DNA from: Squalus acanthias
Lineage: Eukaryota
Assembly: GCA_030390025.1 (NCBI GenBank)
Contig: CM059432.1
Location: forward strand, 66,776,001 to 66,840,000
DNA: 64,000 nt
Direction: 5' to 3'
Positions 1 to 11,923 of this stretch are shown piece after piece. The notes beneath the pieces are model-generated. The model was not told the DNA's origin. It ran no database searches and was given only the letters and a program-made list of their open reading frames with translations. Made by a program: the position numbers and the translations under genes. How positions within the stretch are numbered: position 1 is the first letter of the stretch; each line of letters begins with the position of its first letter.

Positions 1-423
1 AGCTAAATCTCTGCACAAAATGGAGTCAGCAAGAGCCTTTCCATTAGGCAAGGAAGCTGGTGTAATGTGGAGTATTTATGTGTTTTTCCAGCTGTTACTT
101 AATGGACTCGCACAATGGCCACTGAGCTTCCGCCTCCCCTTCACAGGCGAGGTTCCCGAGGTACATGAATCCCGTGCGCAACCAGTCAAAGACCAAACCT
201 GACATTAAAAAGGCAATTAAGGGTCTGTAAACGAGCAGTTAAGTACCTCAATGAGGTCGCCCGCCTCTCCCGAGCGGGTCCGTGGCACGCCTCAAAATGT
301 GCCCGAGTTAAAGGCGGAAGTCGACAGTATGACGATGGGTTCCCGACGGGCTGTCAATTTTTTCACTTTTAACCACTGACCCGCCCCCAATCCCGCACGC
401 TCGCCAATGTGAAAATTACAGCC
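1..423. mobile_element. Right end of a Harbinger-type element, truncated by the window edge
   Basis: GC-rich subterminal block (ccgcctc, ggcggaagtc, cccgccccc) ending AAAATTACAGCC. It resembles the ends at 26215, 38758 and 40685. Confidence 0.55.
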
Positions 424-610
424 AGTAAGTTTTACTTGGTTGCATGCGGGAGTTTGGTGATACAGCAGCCTTCTTACAGTGCAGCTGAAGGTCATACAAC
501 TGTTGGATTGAGGATGGGTGCTTCACAATGTCCAAATTGAGGATGGACAACAGGCAAGGTGGTGCCGGTAGGTCCTTCGTTAAGGTTGGGTGAGAGGACA
601 TAGGACTGAC

Positions 611-1010
611 CTTCCCCATTCTGGTCAGGTAATTAAATCTCTTCTTTGGCACTAGATGGCTACTCTGAGGCAATGTTCCCTTTAAGCTGCGTGGCCGCAA
701 GCACTCCAGGGGTCCCGCGCAGCCGGTGAGCCAGCTTTTAAATTGAAAAAAATACGCGCATGAACGAAATTTTGTATGGGCTGCGGAGCCTGTTAAAGGG
801 GCTGCGTGGCCCAAAAGTAATTACAGGGAACATTGCTCTTAGATTGGAGGTGGCACTTATGGCCTGTGCAACCTGCCTCCACTGCATTCGCACCATGGCA
901 TGAGATCTTCTCCAGGGTGCCAAACAAGCCTGCCTGCTTAGCTCTTATTTTCTACAAGAGTACTTCCATCTCAGCATCAGAGAAGTAAGTTGGAAGCTGT
1001 TCTCCCTGGA
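611..1010 (-). pseudogene. Decayed Harbinger Myb/SANT (trihelix) exon-1 remnant
   Basis: Minus-strand peptides 'QWRQVAQAISATS' and 'KKRFNYLTRMGK', then a GTCAGT donor at 610. Same motif as QCRKKFNDL.RSGK|GT in other copies. Split by the MITE at 671-835. Confidence 0.6.
671..835. mobile_element. hAT-type MITE
   Basis: TIR CAATGTTCCCT(T/G)TAA at both ends. The 8-bp flanks CTCTGAGG and CTCTTAGA match 6/8, consistent with a hAT TSD. Confidence 0.75.
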
Positions 1011-1459
1011 GATCTGCTCACAGCTGTCACTAAGTCATTCTCTTCAAGACATTGGAATACTTGCCCCTTGAGCTGACAGAGCATTTTAAATTCCATGGGT
1101 GAAGGCAGCCTTTCCAAGGCAAGTCTCCCAAAAGTTAGGCAAATTGGATGACCTTGGAAAATCTGCTGCAGTCAGTGGTGGGAACATGGGGCAGACAGAA
1201 GCTCACAACTGCTGCACTTCTGCCAATGGAATGGCAAGGCAAGACATCTAGGTACAAGCCAATCTGGAAAATGTATTAAACACCAGCAAGAGCGCCCTGG
1301 AGTACGGAGTTCAAATGTGGTTGCCATACTTACAAAGTGATATAGAGGCAGTAAGAAAGATTCAGAGTGTATGAAGCTTCTGGATTTTAGATTCTAGCTA
1401 CTAAAAAGGGAGCTAAGGGAGCTGAATTTATTCCAGTTGAAAAAGATGGAGGGGCAGGA

Positions 1460-1612
1460 ACATGGTAATGTGGCCGCTTAAATATTTCTTTTCCCCTCTA
1501 GGACCTTGGGTTGAGTCCAACATAGACTGATAGGATGAATAATTCTGCTGTCTGCTGGCTGTAAGGGAACCACCTTAACTGAGTTTGGGCGGTTGCAATC
1601 CCAACCCATTAT
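1460..1612 (+). mobile_element. Old tRNA-derived SINE fragment, LF-SINE-like
   Basis: cctctaggaccttgggttgagtcc...tctgctggctgt...tgagtttgggcgg. Homologous to 50370-50555 and resembles my recollection of the LF-SINE consensus. Confidence 0.45.
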
Positions 1613-2364
1613 TCCTACATACTTATCCAGCTATTGCATGCTTGTTTCTGATTTTTCATTTTACTGGATCACTTTCAGTCAGTTTGCTGGCAACTCTGGT
1701 AATGATTATCATGGATTGGCAATGTTAGCTCTAATGGGATCATACAGATGTTAGTGTCTAACTTTGTTTAGTCCGTATTATAGTAGTTCCATCCAATAAC
1801 ATGACATCAGCACTCAATAGGTTCAATGCTGTGTTGCAAGTCAGCAGTGTAACCTAAACTAACTTGTAGCATGCAGTCCTGAGATCTCTTTCCATTAACT
1901 ATTTCCATACTGTTTGCTTCTGTGCCCATTTCTTTGGACAAAATGACAAAAATATTAGAGAACACCATTAGCCATAAAGAGTTGGGACTACTGGTCATTT
2001 TTATTGACTGCTCTCAGATAAATCTAACAGTCCTAATCTAAAAAAGCAGAGAAGGAAGTAAGATAAGGAGAGTAATGAAGGAAATAATGCAGAAAGAAAA
2101 GATTTTTTAAATCACTGCTTAGATTAAAGAAAGCTTGTTTAGAATATGCATCAATCATAGAGATGGTTCCCTATGAAGAGCACCCTTTACTGTGTTGCCA
2201 AGGTTTTTCAGCCAATCAGAAGTTAGTGTGTTTATCATGTGAGAAGTGTACAGCTCTGATGGAATTAAGAGAGCTGTAGAAAATGAAATAAAGTTCTTTT
2301 CTTATGTTTTATTCCATACTCAAGATTAAATTTGTTTAAAATATCGCCACATGCAGGCGGAGAG

Positions 2365-2617
2365 TGTTCCAAACTTCTAGCACCCTCTGTATGAAAAAGT
2401 GCTACCTGATTTCACTCCTGAATGGCCTAGCTCTAATTTTAAGATTATGTCCCCTTGTTCTTAATTTCCTCCACCAGAGGAAATAGTTTCTCCATATTTA
2501 CCCTATCAAATCCTTTTAGCATTTTAAATAACTCAATCAGATCACCCCTCAATCTTTCATACTCAAGGGAATACAAGCCAAGTTAATGCAACCTGTCCTC
2601 ATAACTTAACCCTCTAA
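2365..2617 (-). mobile_element. CR1 LINE 3' fragment
   Basis: Antisense to the CR1 ORF2 C-terminal region (RGDLIE..K/YEDRL type sequence). Confidence 0.6.
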
Positions 2618-2621
2618 CCAT

Positions 2622-3234
2622 CAGGATGTCAAACATACGGCCCGCGATACTGTTTAATCTGGCCCACGGTGTCCTATGCTTAGCATTACCATGTGTTCCA
2701 AATTGTGACACGAATCTCCTGGGTGCTGGTTCTCAAGCCTGGGAGAATTGTAGCTTTTAATCTTTGCGGTGGAGCAGAGGCCCCTTCCACTCCGTGATAT
2801 CACCACCCCCCACCCCCCACCACACCCCGCACTTTTTTACATTCAAGGACCGCTACTTAGGCCGTTATAGAACTGGAGAAGCTAGTCGGATGCTCCACCG
2901 AGTTTTTAACACATTTTGCAGAAGTGTCCTAAAACAGGTGCAGGATACTTCTTTGCATATTTAAATTGATCCAATGCTGATTTCAGGCAGCCGCCATGGG
3001 TGCCTAAAACAGCGAGGTCTGAAATAGCGGCAGCCTTGCCGTCAATGCAGATTAGGTGCAGGACCTCATACCCAGAAATTGGTATATATTGAGCCTGTTT
3101 TCCACCCAAAAAACAGGTAAAACACATACCAATTTCTACCTCAGTGTGTCCAAATAACTTTTGCTGAATGTGGCCCACGCCAAGTGAAAGGATATCGGAT
3201 CAGGCCCACCATATAAATTCAGTTTGACATCCTA
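2622..3234. mobile_element. hAT-Charlie-like non-autonomous element
   Basis: TIR (C/T)AGGATGTCAAAC at both ends and repeated GGCCCAC/GGCCCGC subterminal motifs. No TSD recognised. Confidence 0.6.
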
Positions 3235-4121
3235 GTTTTACATTAATGTTTGGTTGACAACTTCTGTTTTAATGTTAACATTCAACTGTTAATCAACATC
3301 CTTCCTTCTATGGTTCACAATGACACGCTTTCAGTAAGCACAAGACACTTGATGGTGGAGTATTCGGAACAAATTTTATTGATATCCAGCATTGGTGATC
3401 GATCTATACTGTACACAGAGAGTAACTTTTGGTTTCTAGTGCTATCTTTCGAGCCCTCCAAAGAACTGTTGAAAGCCACACTCCTTTAATCACCATATTT
3501 TGCCTACATCAAAGGAGCATGTCAGGGATAAGACCTCATAATGTATCTGTTCCTGAATCTTTTGAAAACAATCTATTCATGTAAAATGGCCTAGAATTTC
3601 GATTGCGTAGCGCCCGTTGTTTGGGTGCTATGGGTGCCAAATTGGGACCAAAGTGGCACCCGAACAGCTGCGCACACTTCTGGTGTGGGCCACGCCGGAC
3701 GCCATCTTGGTGAGGATGGTAGGTCAGCCATTTGGAGCATGTGCTAGAAGTAAGGTAAATAGACAGATTGTGACGTCAATCAGTGTGCAATGCTGATTTT
3801 ACGCCAGTGCTGCCATTTTCGTTGTCATAACTGGAACTAACGCCCTCTCTTAACCTCGCACAGCTGAACATGCATTCAGCAGCAGGAAGGACCCCATCTA
3901 CAGCGTTATTTAAAGGGATAATTAACAAATTTCAGGTAACTTGCTTTTTGATTTCTACTGGCTCTGTGTAAGATTTTGGAACTGGTTGGAGCTTTCTAGA
4001 GTTATCTAAAGTTGGTGGGGTGACAGGGAGTGATGCTGCAAGTGGAGAAGGTCCTGGTCAGACCACTTGCTCCCAGTCATGACAGGGAGATGGAGCAGAG
4101 GCAGCGAAAAAGAGGACAAGC

Positions 4122-4543
4122 TGCGTTGTGCTCGGGTGACATTCTGGACTGTCTTGTGAGTGCGGCTGATGAATCTGGCATTGATGCATCTCCTGACAGC
4201 TTGAGCATACATGTCAAGCTTGGGGCAGCGACCCTCCGGAGGGGTCCAATTTGACTCTTTTTTCTTCGGTTGCTGCACTGCGAGTCCCTCTGTCTGCTGT
4301 TCTGGATCATTGATTGTCTCATTGGGTTTGTTGCTGACATCTTGGGATTTGTGGAAGAATTCCCGGAGCCTCATTCTCCTGATGAATTCCTCTGTGTCTG
4401 CCGCGAGACCGATGGGGTCCATTTTGGTGGTGGGGCAGAACTTGAGCCCTAGGGCGAGAACTTCGATTTCGTCTGGTTGAAGGGTGTGGTCGGACAAGTT
4501 GACAATTGACTTCCCTGTGGTTGCAACCGTGGTACCGGGGGAG
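4122..4543 (-). pseudogene. Inverted N-terminal segment of the Penelope ORF
   Basis: Minus-strand peptide NLSDHTLQPDEIEVLALGLKFCPT...RLREFF...VQNVTRAQR overlaps the plus-strand ORF start QNVTRAQRNAI. Confidence 0.9.
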
Positions 4544-4547
4544 GTTT

Positions 4548-6404
4548 CAGAATGTCACCCGAGCACAACGCAACGCCATCCACACTCTCAAGACCAACCG
4601 CAACATCGTCATCAAACCAGCGGACAAAGGAGGAGCCATCGTCATACAGAACAGAATGGGCTATTGCAAAGAAGCATACCGACAACTGGACAACCTGGAA
4701 CACGACAGACAGTTACCCGCAGATCCGACCAAAGAACACACCCGCCAACTCAATAGACTGATCAAGACCTTCGATCCAGACCTTCAAAGCATCCTACGCG
4801 CTCTCATCCCACGTACTCCCCGCGTGGGAGACTTCTACTGCCTCCCAAAGATACACAAAGCCAACACACCCGGACGTCCTATCGTATCAGGCAACGGAAC
4901 CCTGTGTGAGAACCTCTCTGGATACGTCGAGGGCATCCTGAAACCCATCGTACAGGGAACCCCCAGCTTCTGCCGCGACACCACAGACTTCTTACAGAAA
5001 CTCAGCACCCACGGACCAGTTGAACCAGGAACACTCCTCGCCACGATGGACGTATCGACACTCTACACCAGTATCCCCCACGATGACGGCATCGCTGCGA
5101 CAGCCTCAGTACTCAACACCAACAACAGCCAATCTCCAGACGCCATCCTACAACTCATCCGCTTCATCCTTGACCACAATGTCTTCACCTTCGACAACCA
5201 TTTTTTTACCCAAACACACGGAACAGCCATGGGGACCAAATTCGCACCCCAATACGCCAACATCTTCATGCACAAGTTCGAGCAAGACTTCTTCGCTGCA
5301 CAGGACCTCCAGCCAACGCTGTACACTAGATACATCGACGACATTTTCTTCTTTTGGACCCATGGCGAAGGATCACTGAAAAGACTACACGATAACATCA
5401 ACAAGTTCCATCCCACCATCAAACTCACCATGGACTACTCCTCAGAATCGGTTTCATTCCTGGACACACGAGTCTCCATCAAAGACGGACACCTCAGCAC
5501 TTCACTCTACCGCAAGCCCACGGACAACCTCACGATGCTCCACTTCTCCAGCTTCCACCCTAACCACGTTAAAGAAGCCATCCCCTATGGACAAGCCCTG
5601 CGAATACACAGGATCTGCTCAGACGAGGAGGAACGCGATGGACACCTACGGACGCAGAAAAACGCCCTCGTAAGAACGGGATATGACGCTCGACTCATCG
5701 ATCGACAGTTCCGACGGGCCACAGCGAAAAATCGCATAGACCTCCTCAGAAGGCAAACACGGGACACAACCAACAGGGTACCCTACGTCGTCCAGTACTT
5801 CCCCGGAGCGGAGAAACTACGCCATGTTCTTCGCAGCCTTCAACATGTCATCGATGACGACGAACACCTCGCTAAGGCCATCCCCACACCTCCACTACTT
5901 GCCTTCAAACAGTCGCCTAACCTCAGAAGTACCATCGTTCGCAGCAAATTACCCAGCTTTCAGGATAACAGCGACCACGACACCACACAACCCTGCCACG
6001 GCAACCTCTGCAAGACATGCCAGATCATCAACACAGATACCATCATCACACGTGAGGACACTACCCACCAGGTACATGGTACATACTCATGTGACTCGGC
6101 CAACGTTGTCTACCTCATACGTTGCAGGAAAGAATGCACCGCGGCATGGTACATCGGCGAGACCATGCAGACACTGAGACAACGTATGAATGGACACCGC
6201 GCAACAATCGCCAGGCAGGATTGTTACCTCCCAGTCGGGGAACACTTCAGCAGTCAAGGACATTCAGCCTCGGATCTGCGGGTAAGCGTTCTCCAAGGCG
6301 GCCTTAGAGACACACGACAATGCAAAATCATCGAGCAGAAACTGATAGCCAAGTTCCGCACTCATGAGGACGGCCTCAACCGGGATCTTGGGTTTATGTC
6401 ATGA
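4548..6404 (+). CDS. Penelope reverse transcriptase + GIY-YIG endonuclease; frame open but N-terminus detached by the inversion
   Basis: Motifs KPADKGG, LPKIHK, GRPIVS, MDVSTLYT, GTAMG, RYIDD, FLD, YRKPT; C-terminal NVVYLIRC...WYIGET...RMNGHR...GLNRD. ORF track 4506-6404; bases 4506-4547 derive from the inverted segment. Confidence 0.92.
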   Translation, partial: QNVTRAQRNAIHTLKTNRNIVIKPADKGGAIVIQNRMGYCKEAYRQLDNLEHDRQLPADPTKEHTRQLNRLIKTFDPDLQSILRALIPRTPRVGDFYCLPKIHKANTPGRPIVSGNGTLCENLSGYVEGILKPIVQGTPSFCRDTTDFLQKLSTHGPVEPGTLLATMDVSTLYTSIPHDDGIAATASVLNTNNSQSPDAILQLIRFILDHNVFTFDNHFFTQTHGTAMGTKFAPQYANIFMHKFEQDFFAAQDLQPTLYTRYIDDIFFFWTHGEGSLKRLHDNINKFHPTIKLTMDYSSESVSFLDTRVSIKDGHLSTSLYRKPTDNLTMLHFSSFHPNHVKEAIPYGQALRIHRICSDEEERDGHLRTQKNALVRTGYDARLIDRQFRRATAKNRIDLLRRQTRDTTNRVPYVVQYFPGAEKLRHVLRSLQHVIDDDEHLAKAIPTPPLLAFKQSPNLRSTIVRSKLPSFQDNSDHDTTQPCHGNLCKTCQIINTDTIITREDTTHQVHGTYSCDSANVVYLIRCRKECTAAWYIGETMQTLRQRMNGHRATIARQDCYLPVGEHFSSQGHSASDLRVSVLQGGLRDTRQCKIIEQKLIAKFRTHEDGLNRDLGFMS

Positions 6405-6732
6405 TACATGACATAGAGTCATCCAGACTCGAGTCGTCGTTGGCTTGTTCACAGATGTGATTCCCAGTAAAAAAGTAAAAATTTTAAAGTTTATCGTTTT
6501 CCATACCGACTGCAGCTTTTGACACATTAGACCCCCTGTAACCCCACCTCATTATCTCAGTTGTATCTTGCTATGTCTTTGATGTGGTGCCTTCCTGGCT
6601 GACCTGATTGTTTATCTGCCGAGGTGTGACAAAAGGCAGTCAGGAGGATTAAATGTAGTCGTCTGCCATTGTAAGTTACACATGCATTGTTCTCTATCTA
6701 TATATGCTTTGTCGATTTTGTATTCCTTTACT

Positions 6733-6770
6733 TCACCTGACGAAGGAGCAGCCGCTCCGAAAGCTTGTGA
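6733..6770 (+). ncRNA. Minimal type-I hammerhead ribozyme in the Penelope pLTR
   Basis: TCAC-CTGACGA-A-GGAGC-agcc-GCTCC-GAAA-GCTT-GTGA: helix I TCAC/GTGA, CUGANGA and GAAA cores, 5-bp helix II, palindromic AAGCTT in place of helix III. Confidence 0.88.
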
Positions 6771-6860
6771 TTTCAAATAAAACTGTTGGACTATAACCTG
6801 GTGTTGTGCGACTTCTCACTTTTGTCCACCCCAGTCCAACACCGGCATCTCCGCATCATG

Positions 6861-8469
6861 GCCATCCTGAGAGAGGGCAGCAGGTTCCTGCTCCACTGAC
6901 CCACTGCCACTCCCCCGGGGCAGCACCACAGCATCCTTAGCAATCTGTTGCAGCACAGATTGCTGGCCTGCTGTGAAACCGTGAAAGCCCCGGTCGACAG
7001 TGGTAGACCCAGCCACGATGGCAGCAGTCAGAGCTTGCGTTGCATCAAGCTGAGACTGCATGAGAGCGGTCTGAGATTGAATGCCACCAAGCATAGACTG
7101 CATTACAGCACTAAGATGTTGCGTCGCTTCCACTGTGCTGCAATGGAAGCTGCTAGATCGCCCCTCACACGCAGCATCAGGTCTGGGTCGCCATGGTCTC
7201 TCTGGGAGTCTACCGTCCTTTGCAGACTGGAAATGATGGGCTCCATGGTGTGCGCAGAGCTCTGTGCAATGTTGGAGGCGGACTCCTCCACACTCCTTAC
7301 CATTGCCGAGAGGGTCTCGGGCACCCTTGCCATTGCACCTATCATCTCCGTGTGCATGCCCTTCACCCTTCTTCTAAAGGCCTCCCCATCAAGGTCCTCA
7401 TTTGAGCCCTGTGCAGCAGAACTCACGCGCAAACTCGCCCTCCGGGGAGCTGAACCTTTCCCCCTGGCCTTGCTGCAGCCCACTCATCCCCGGTGCCCCA
7501 CCCTGTGCAGATCCTGCTACTGTACTAGCCTCTAAAGAACGCGTGGTGCCAGTGTCTGAGCTGGTGCCTGCGGGTGAGAGATGCAGTGACGCGGTGTGTT
7601 CTTCCTCCTCCTCTCCTCCCGCCTCACTCTCTGCGGTGCCCTCAGGGACAGGCTGCTCAGCTGCTTGCTCATTATCTGAAAGCATAAAGGCACAAGAGAC
7701 GGGTTAAGGTGAGGGGAAGGGGGGCGGGAAGGGAGAAATACTGTACATGCATACAGCATGATTAGCTGGAAAGGGCGAAATGCTTGTGGGGTGAGGGGGA
7801 AGTGGGATGTGAGAAGAAGGAGTAGGGATGAACATACCATTGTTGTCCCCAAGGGGGTCAATGTCGCCGGTGGCCACAGTGCCCACCAGCTGGCGCCCAA
7901 TAATCTGCAGCACTCGATTCTCCAGCACAGACAGTGGTTGGGTGTCGGCTTGTCCCCTGCCTGTGTGCTCCTGTTCCCTTCTGTTGTGAGCCACCTTGGC
8001 CTGCAAAAGAAAGGAAAGTGTGTGAGTGAGTGTGGAGCAATGTGTTTGGGTGATGTGCCTGCCATAGTTGAATAGCTGTCATTGTGTGCAAGGTGTGAGA
8101 TGTGGGTGTGAGTGTTGGTAGGTAGAGATTGTTGGTGGGTGAGTGCTGGGGGTGTGGTGCATTGAGCAGTGTGTGAAGACTGTGGTTCAGATGGTGGTAT
8201 GTAGCATTTGTTGAAGTATTGACTCACCCTGACCACACGAGTGAGGTTGTTAAATTTCTTCCTGCACTGTGTGTGGGCCCTGGGGACCACAGTGCTGCCC
8301 AATACGTACTGGGCTACCTCCCTCCACATGGTGTGGAAGACTTGCAGCAAGGACCTCCTGCCACTTTCTGGGTAGTGCACCACCCTCCGTCTCTCCACTG
8401 CAAACACCAACACCTCCAATGCATGGCACAGAATCTGCGGGCTCTCTCCCTGGGGCATGGATCTGCCAT
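6861..8469 (-). pseudogene. Spliced Harbinger Myb/SANT-domain gene, decayed (exons 8469-8228, 8000-7838, 7675-~6861)
   Basis: ATG at 8469. LEVLVFAVERRR...MWREVAQ...QCRKKFNNLTRVVR|GTGAGT. Canonical GT-AG introns, acidic/low-complexity exon 3, frameshifts. Confidence 0.85.
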
Positions 8470-9471
8470 CTGGCACTAGTACTGGGGAAAGAGGGAGCTG
8501 TTTCGTCAGGACAGGCTCCACTTCAACCGGGCTGGGACAAGCGTCCTGGCAAATCAAATAACTGGGGCCGTAGATAGGGCTTTAAACTAAAAAAAAGTGG
8601 GGGTGGGGGGTGTGTTAGGGAGGGATCATGTGAGGGGGAATTTAGAAATCTAAAGAGAAAGGTCAAGGCAATAGAGTAGTGTAGCGATTTGGGTAAATAT
8701 AAGCAGAGTTTGACAGGAAGGGACAAAGATTTTAATGGTAGCAGAGAATAAGGTCAAAGCAGGGAATAGTGGTAAAAAATTTAAATTAAAGGCTCTTTAT
8801 CTAAATGCATGAAGCATTCGTAACAAGATAGACAAACTAATGGCACAAATAGAGATAAATGTGTTTGATCTAATAGCCATTACAGAGACATGGTTGCAAG
8901 GTGACCAAGGTTGGGAACTAAATGTTCCAGGGTACTTGACATTTTGAAAAGAAAGGAAGAATGCAAAATGAGGGGGAGGGGTAGCCCTGATAATAAAGGA
9001 TGACTTAAGGACAGTAGAGAGAAAGGATCTCGGCTCGGAAGATCAGGAAGTAGAATCAGTATGGGTGGAGATAAGGAATAACAAGGGGCAAAAAACATTG
9101 GTGGAAGTAGTAGGCCCCCTAATAGTAGCTATACCGTTGGACAGAATATTAATCAAGAAATAGTAGGAGATTGTAACAAAGGTAATGCAATAATTGTGGG
9201 GGACTTTAATCTTCACATGGACTGGACAAATCAAATTGGCAAAGGTAGTCTGGAGGACGAGTTCATAGAATGCATTTGGGTCAGTTTCCTGGAACAATAC
9301 ATCATGGAACCAACCAGGGAACAGGTTATTTTAGATCTTGTATTGTGTAATGAGACAGGGTTAATTAGCCATCTCATAGCAAAGGATCCTCTGGGGCAAA
9401 GTGATCATAATATGATAGAATTTCATGTTAAGTTTGACAGTGACTTGCCTAAGTCCGAAACTAGAGTCTTA

Positions 9472-10378
9472 GGGGGAAAAATTCAGTTATTTGCACCTCC
9501 CGTTAGCGCCTTAAGAGGGCGCTAATGGGACGCAAAGCAACTAGCGCCCGGGCGCGGCGATGTTTGCGCCGCTCGCGAAATTAACTAGACATTTTGCGGC
9601 GGCGCTAAACACTACCGCCACGATCTCCTGTCCGGCGGATCGTGACGTCAGTCGAGTGCGCAACGCCCCGGTAGCGCCCCGGTAGCGCCCCGGAGTGGAT
9701 ATTGAGTGGCGCCCCCTGCCTTACCGCCTGCCGCTAGCAACGACAGGTTGAGGGAAGCGTTTTGCAGTCAGGAAGGGACAGGTGGAGCGCTATTTAAAGG
9801 TGACGGCTTCCTGCCTTTTTTCGTTGGTGGCATTTTCGAACCACGCATTCTGAGAGAGAGAGAGAGAGAGAAACCTCTGGAGAGATTCAATGCTGTGTGA
9901 AGGAGTTTTGGGTACTGAGCAGCACTTTGCAGGTTCATTTTGATTTGCCCTTCCTTGTATTGATTTAGAAGCGATTGTGGGGGCTGCACTCTGAGCTCTT
10001 TCCCTGGGCCTCTCCATTGTTCTTTCCAGCAGATTTGATGTACATGTCTCTCCAGGCCGAGATTCAGGGCTGCAATGAGCAGGATGTGGATGGAAAGCAA
10101 GATCAACCCTCCCCTTTAAGAACTGGCTGGCGCCATTGTGTCTGTGTTCCATTGCTGACTGACATCACATGAGCTTCGCCAGCGCTCTGAGTTAGCGCCT
10201 CGCTCCTTGGCCTTTGTGCCTTAAGACAGATGTGTAGCGCCTGATTTAGCGCTCCAATCACCTCCAGGGGCGATAAAAGTCAAGTTTGCAGTTGGAGGCG
10301 ATAATTAGCGCCAGGCGCCAATCTTAGCGCCCGGCCAATAATTGCGCCCCAAATGGGGCGATACTGAATTTCTCCCCC
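9472..10378 (+). mobile_element. GC-rich ~0.9-kb Harbinger MITE, family A copy 1 (strand = reference orientation for this family)
   Basis: TIRs GGGGGAAAAATTCAG and CTGAATTTCTCCCCC, TSD TTA (9469-71, 10379-81). Close homologues at 35365 and 46469. Confidence 0.93.
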
Positions 10379-11923
10379 TTAATCTTAAATAAATCCAATT
10401 ACATAGGTATGAGGGGCGAGTTGGCTAAGGTAGATTGGAAAAATAGATTAAAAGGTATGGTGGTAGATAAGCAGTGGCTAGCATTTAAAGAAATATTTCA
10501 AAAATACATTCCATTGAGAAACAAAAACTCCGCGGGAAAAGTGATCCATCTGCGGCTAACTAAAAAAGTTAAGGATAGCATTAGATAGCATTAGATTGAA
10601 AGAAGAAGCTATAATGTTGCAAAGAATAGTAGTAAGCCTGAGGATTGGGAGAGTTTCAGAAACCAGCAAAGGATAACCAAAAAATTGATTAAAACGAAAA
10701 AAATAAAATATGAGAGAAAACTAGCAAGAAATATAAAAAAAGAGCTTCTACAAGTATGTAAAAAGGAAGAGAGTTGCAAAAGTAAACGTTGGTCCCTTAG
10801 ATGCTGAGACAGGAGAAATCATTATGGGGGATAAGGAAATGGCAGAATCGTTAAACAAATATTTTGTATCTGTCTTCATAGTAGAAGACACAAAAAGCAT
10901 ACAAAAAATGGTGGGGAACCAAGGGTCTAATGAGGGTGAGGTAATTAACATAATTATAATAAGTAGAGAAAAAGAACTAGAGAAACTAATGAGACTAAAA
11001 GCCAACAAATCCCCGAGACCTGATGGCCTACATCCTAGGGTTCTAAAAGAGATGGCTGCAGAAATAGCAGATGCATTGGTTTTGATCTTCCAAAATTCCC
11101 AGCAGATTGGAAGGTAGCAAATGTAACACTGCTAATCAGGAAAGGATGGAGAGAGAAAACAGGAAACTACAGGCCAGTTAGCCTGACATAAGTAGTGGGG
11201 AAAATGCTGGAATGCATTGTTAAGGAAGTGCTATCAGGGCACTTACAAAATCATAACCTGATTAGGCAGAGTCAACATGGTTTTATGAAATGTAAATCGT
11301 GTTTGACAAATTTATTAGAGTTTTTTGAGGATGTAACTAACAGGGTAGATAAAGGGGAACCAATGGATGTAGTATATTTAGATTTCCAAAAGGCATTCGA
11401 TAAGGTGCCACATAAAAGGTTATTACAAAAGCTAAGGGCTCATGGAGTTGAGGGAAATGTAATAGCATGGATAGAGGATTGGTTAACGGACAGAAAACAG
11501 AGAGTAGGGATAAACGGGTCTTTTTCAGGTTGGCTGGCTGTAACTAGTGGGAAGCCGCAAGGATCAGTGCTGGGGCCTCAGCTATTTACAATCTATATTA
11601 ATGACCTAATGAAGGACTGAATGTAATGTATCCAGGTTTGCTGACGATACAAAGCTAGGTGGGACAGTAAGCTGTGAGGAGAATACAAAGAGTCTGCAAA
11701 GGGATATAGATAGACTAAGTGAGTGGGCAGTAAGGTGGCAGATGGAGTATAATGTAGGGAAATGTGAGCTTATTCACTTTGGTAGGAAGAAGAGAAAAAC
11801 AGAATATTTTTTAAATGGTGAGAAACTTTTAAATGTTGGTGTTCATAGAGATTTGGGTGTCCTCGTGCAAGAAACACAGAAAGTTAGCATGCAGGTACAG
11901 CAAGCAATAAGGAAGGCAAATGG

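Larger units (their letters stand above)
4122..6862 (+). mobile_element. Penelope-like retroelement (RT + GIY-YIG) with 5' inversion and 3' pseudo-LTR
   Basis: Long RT/GIY-YIG ORF, inverted N-terminal piece, and a 3' pLTR containing a hammerhead that ends at an ATG-containing ORF-start-like sequence (gcatcATGGC). Confidence 0.95.
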
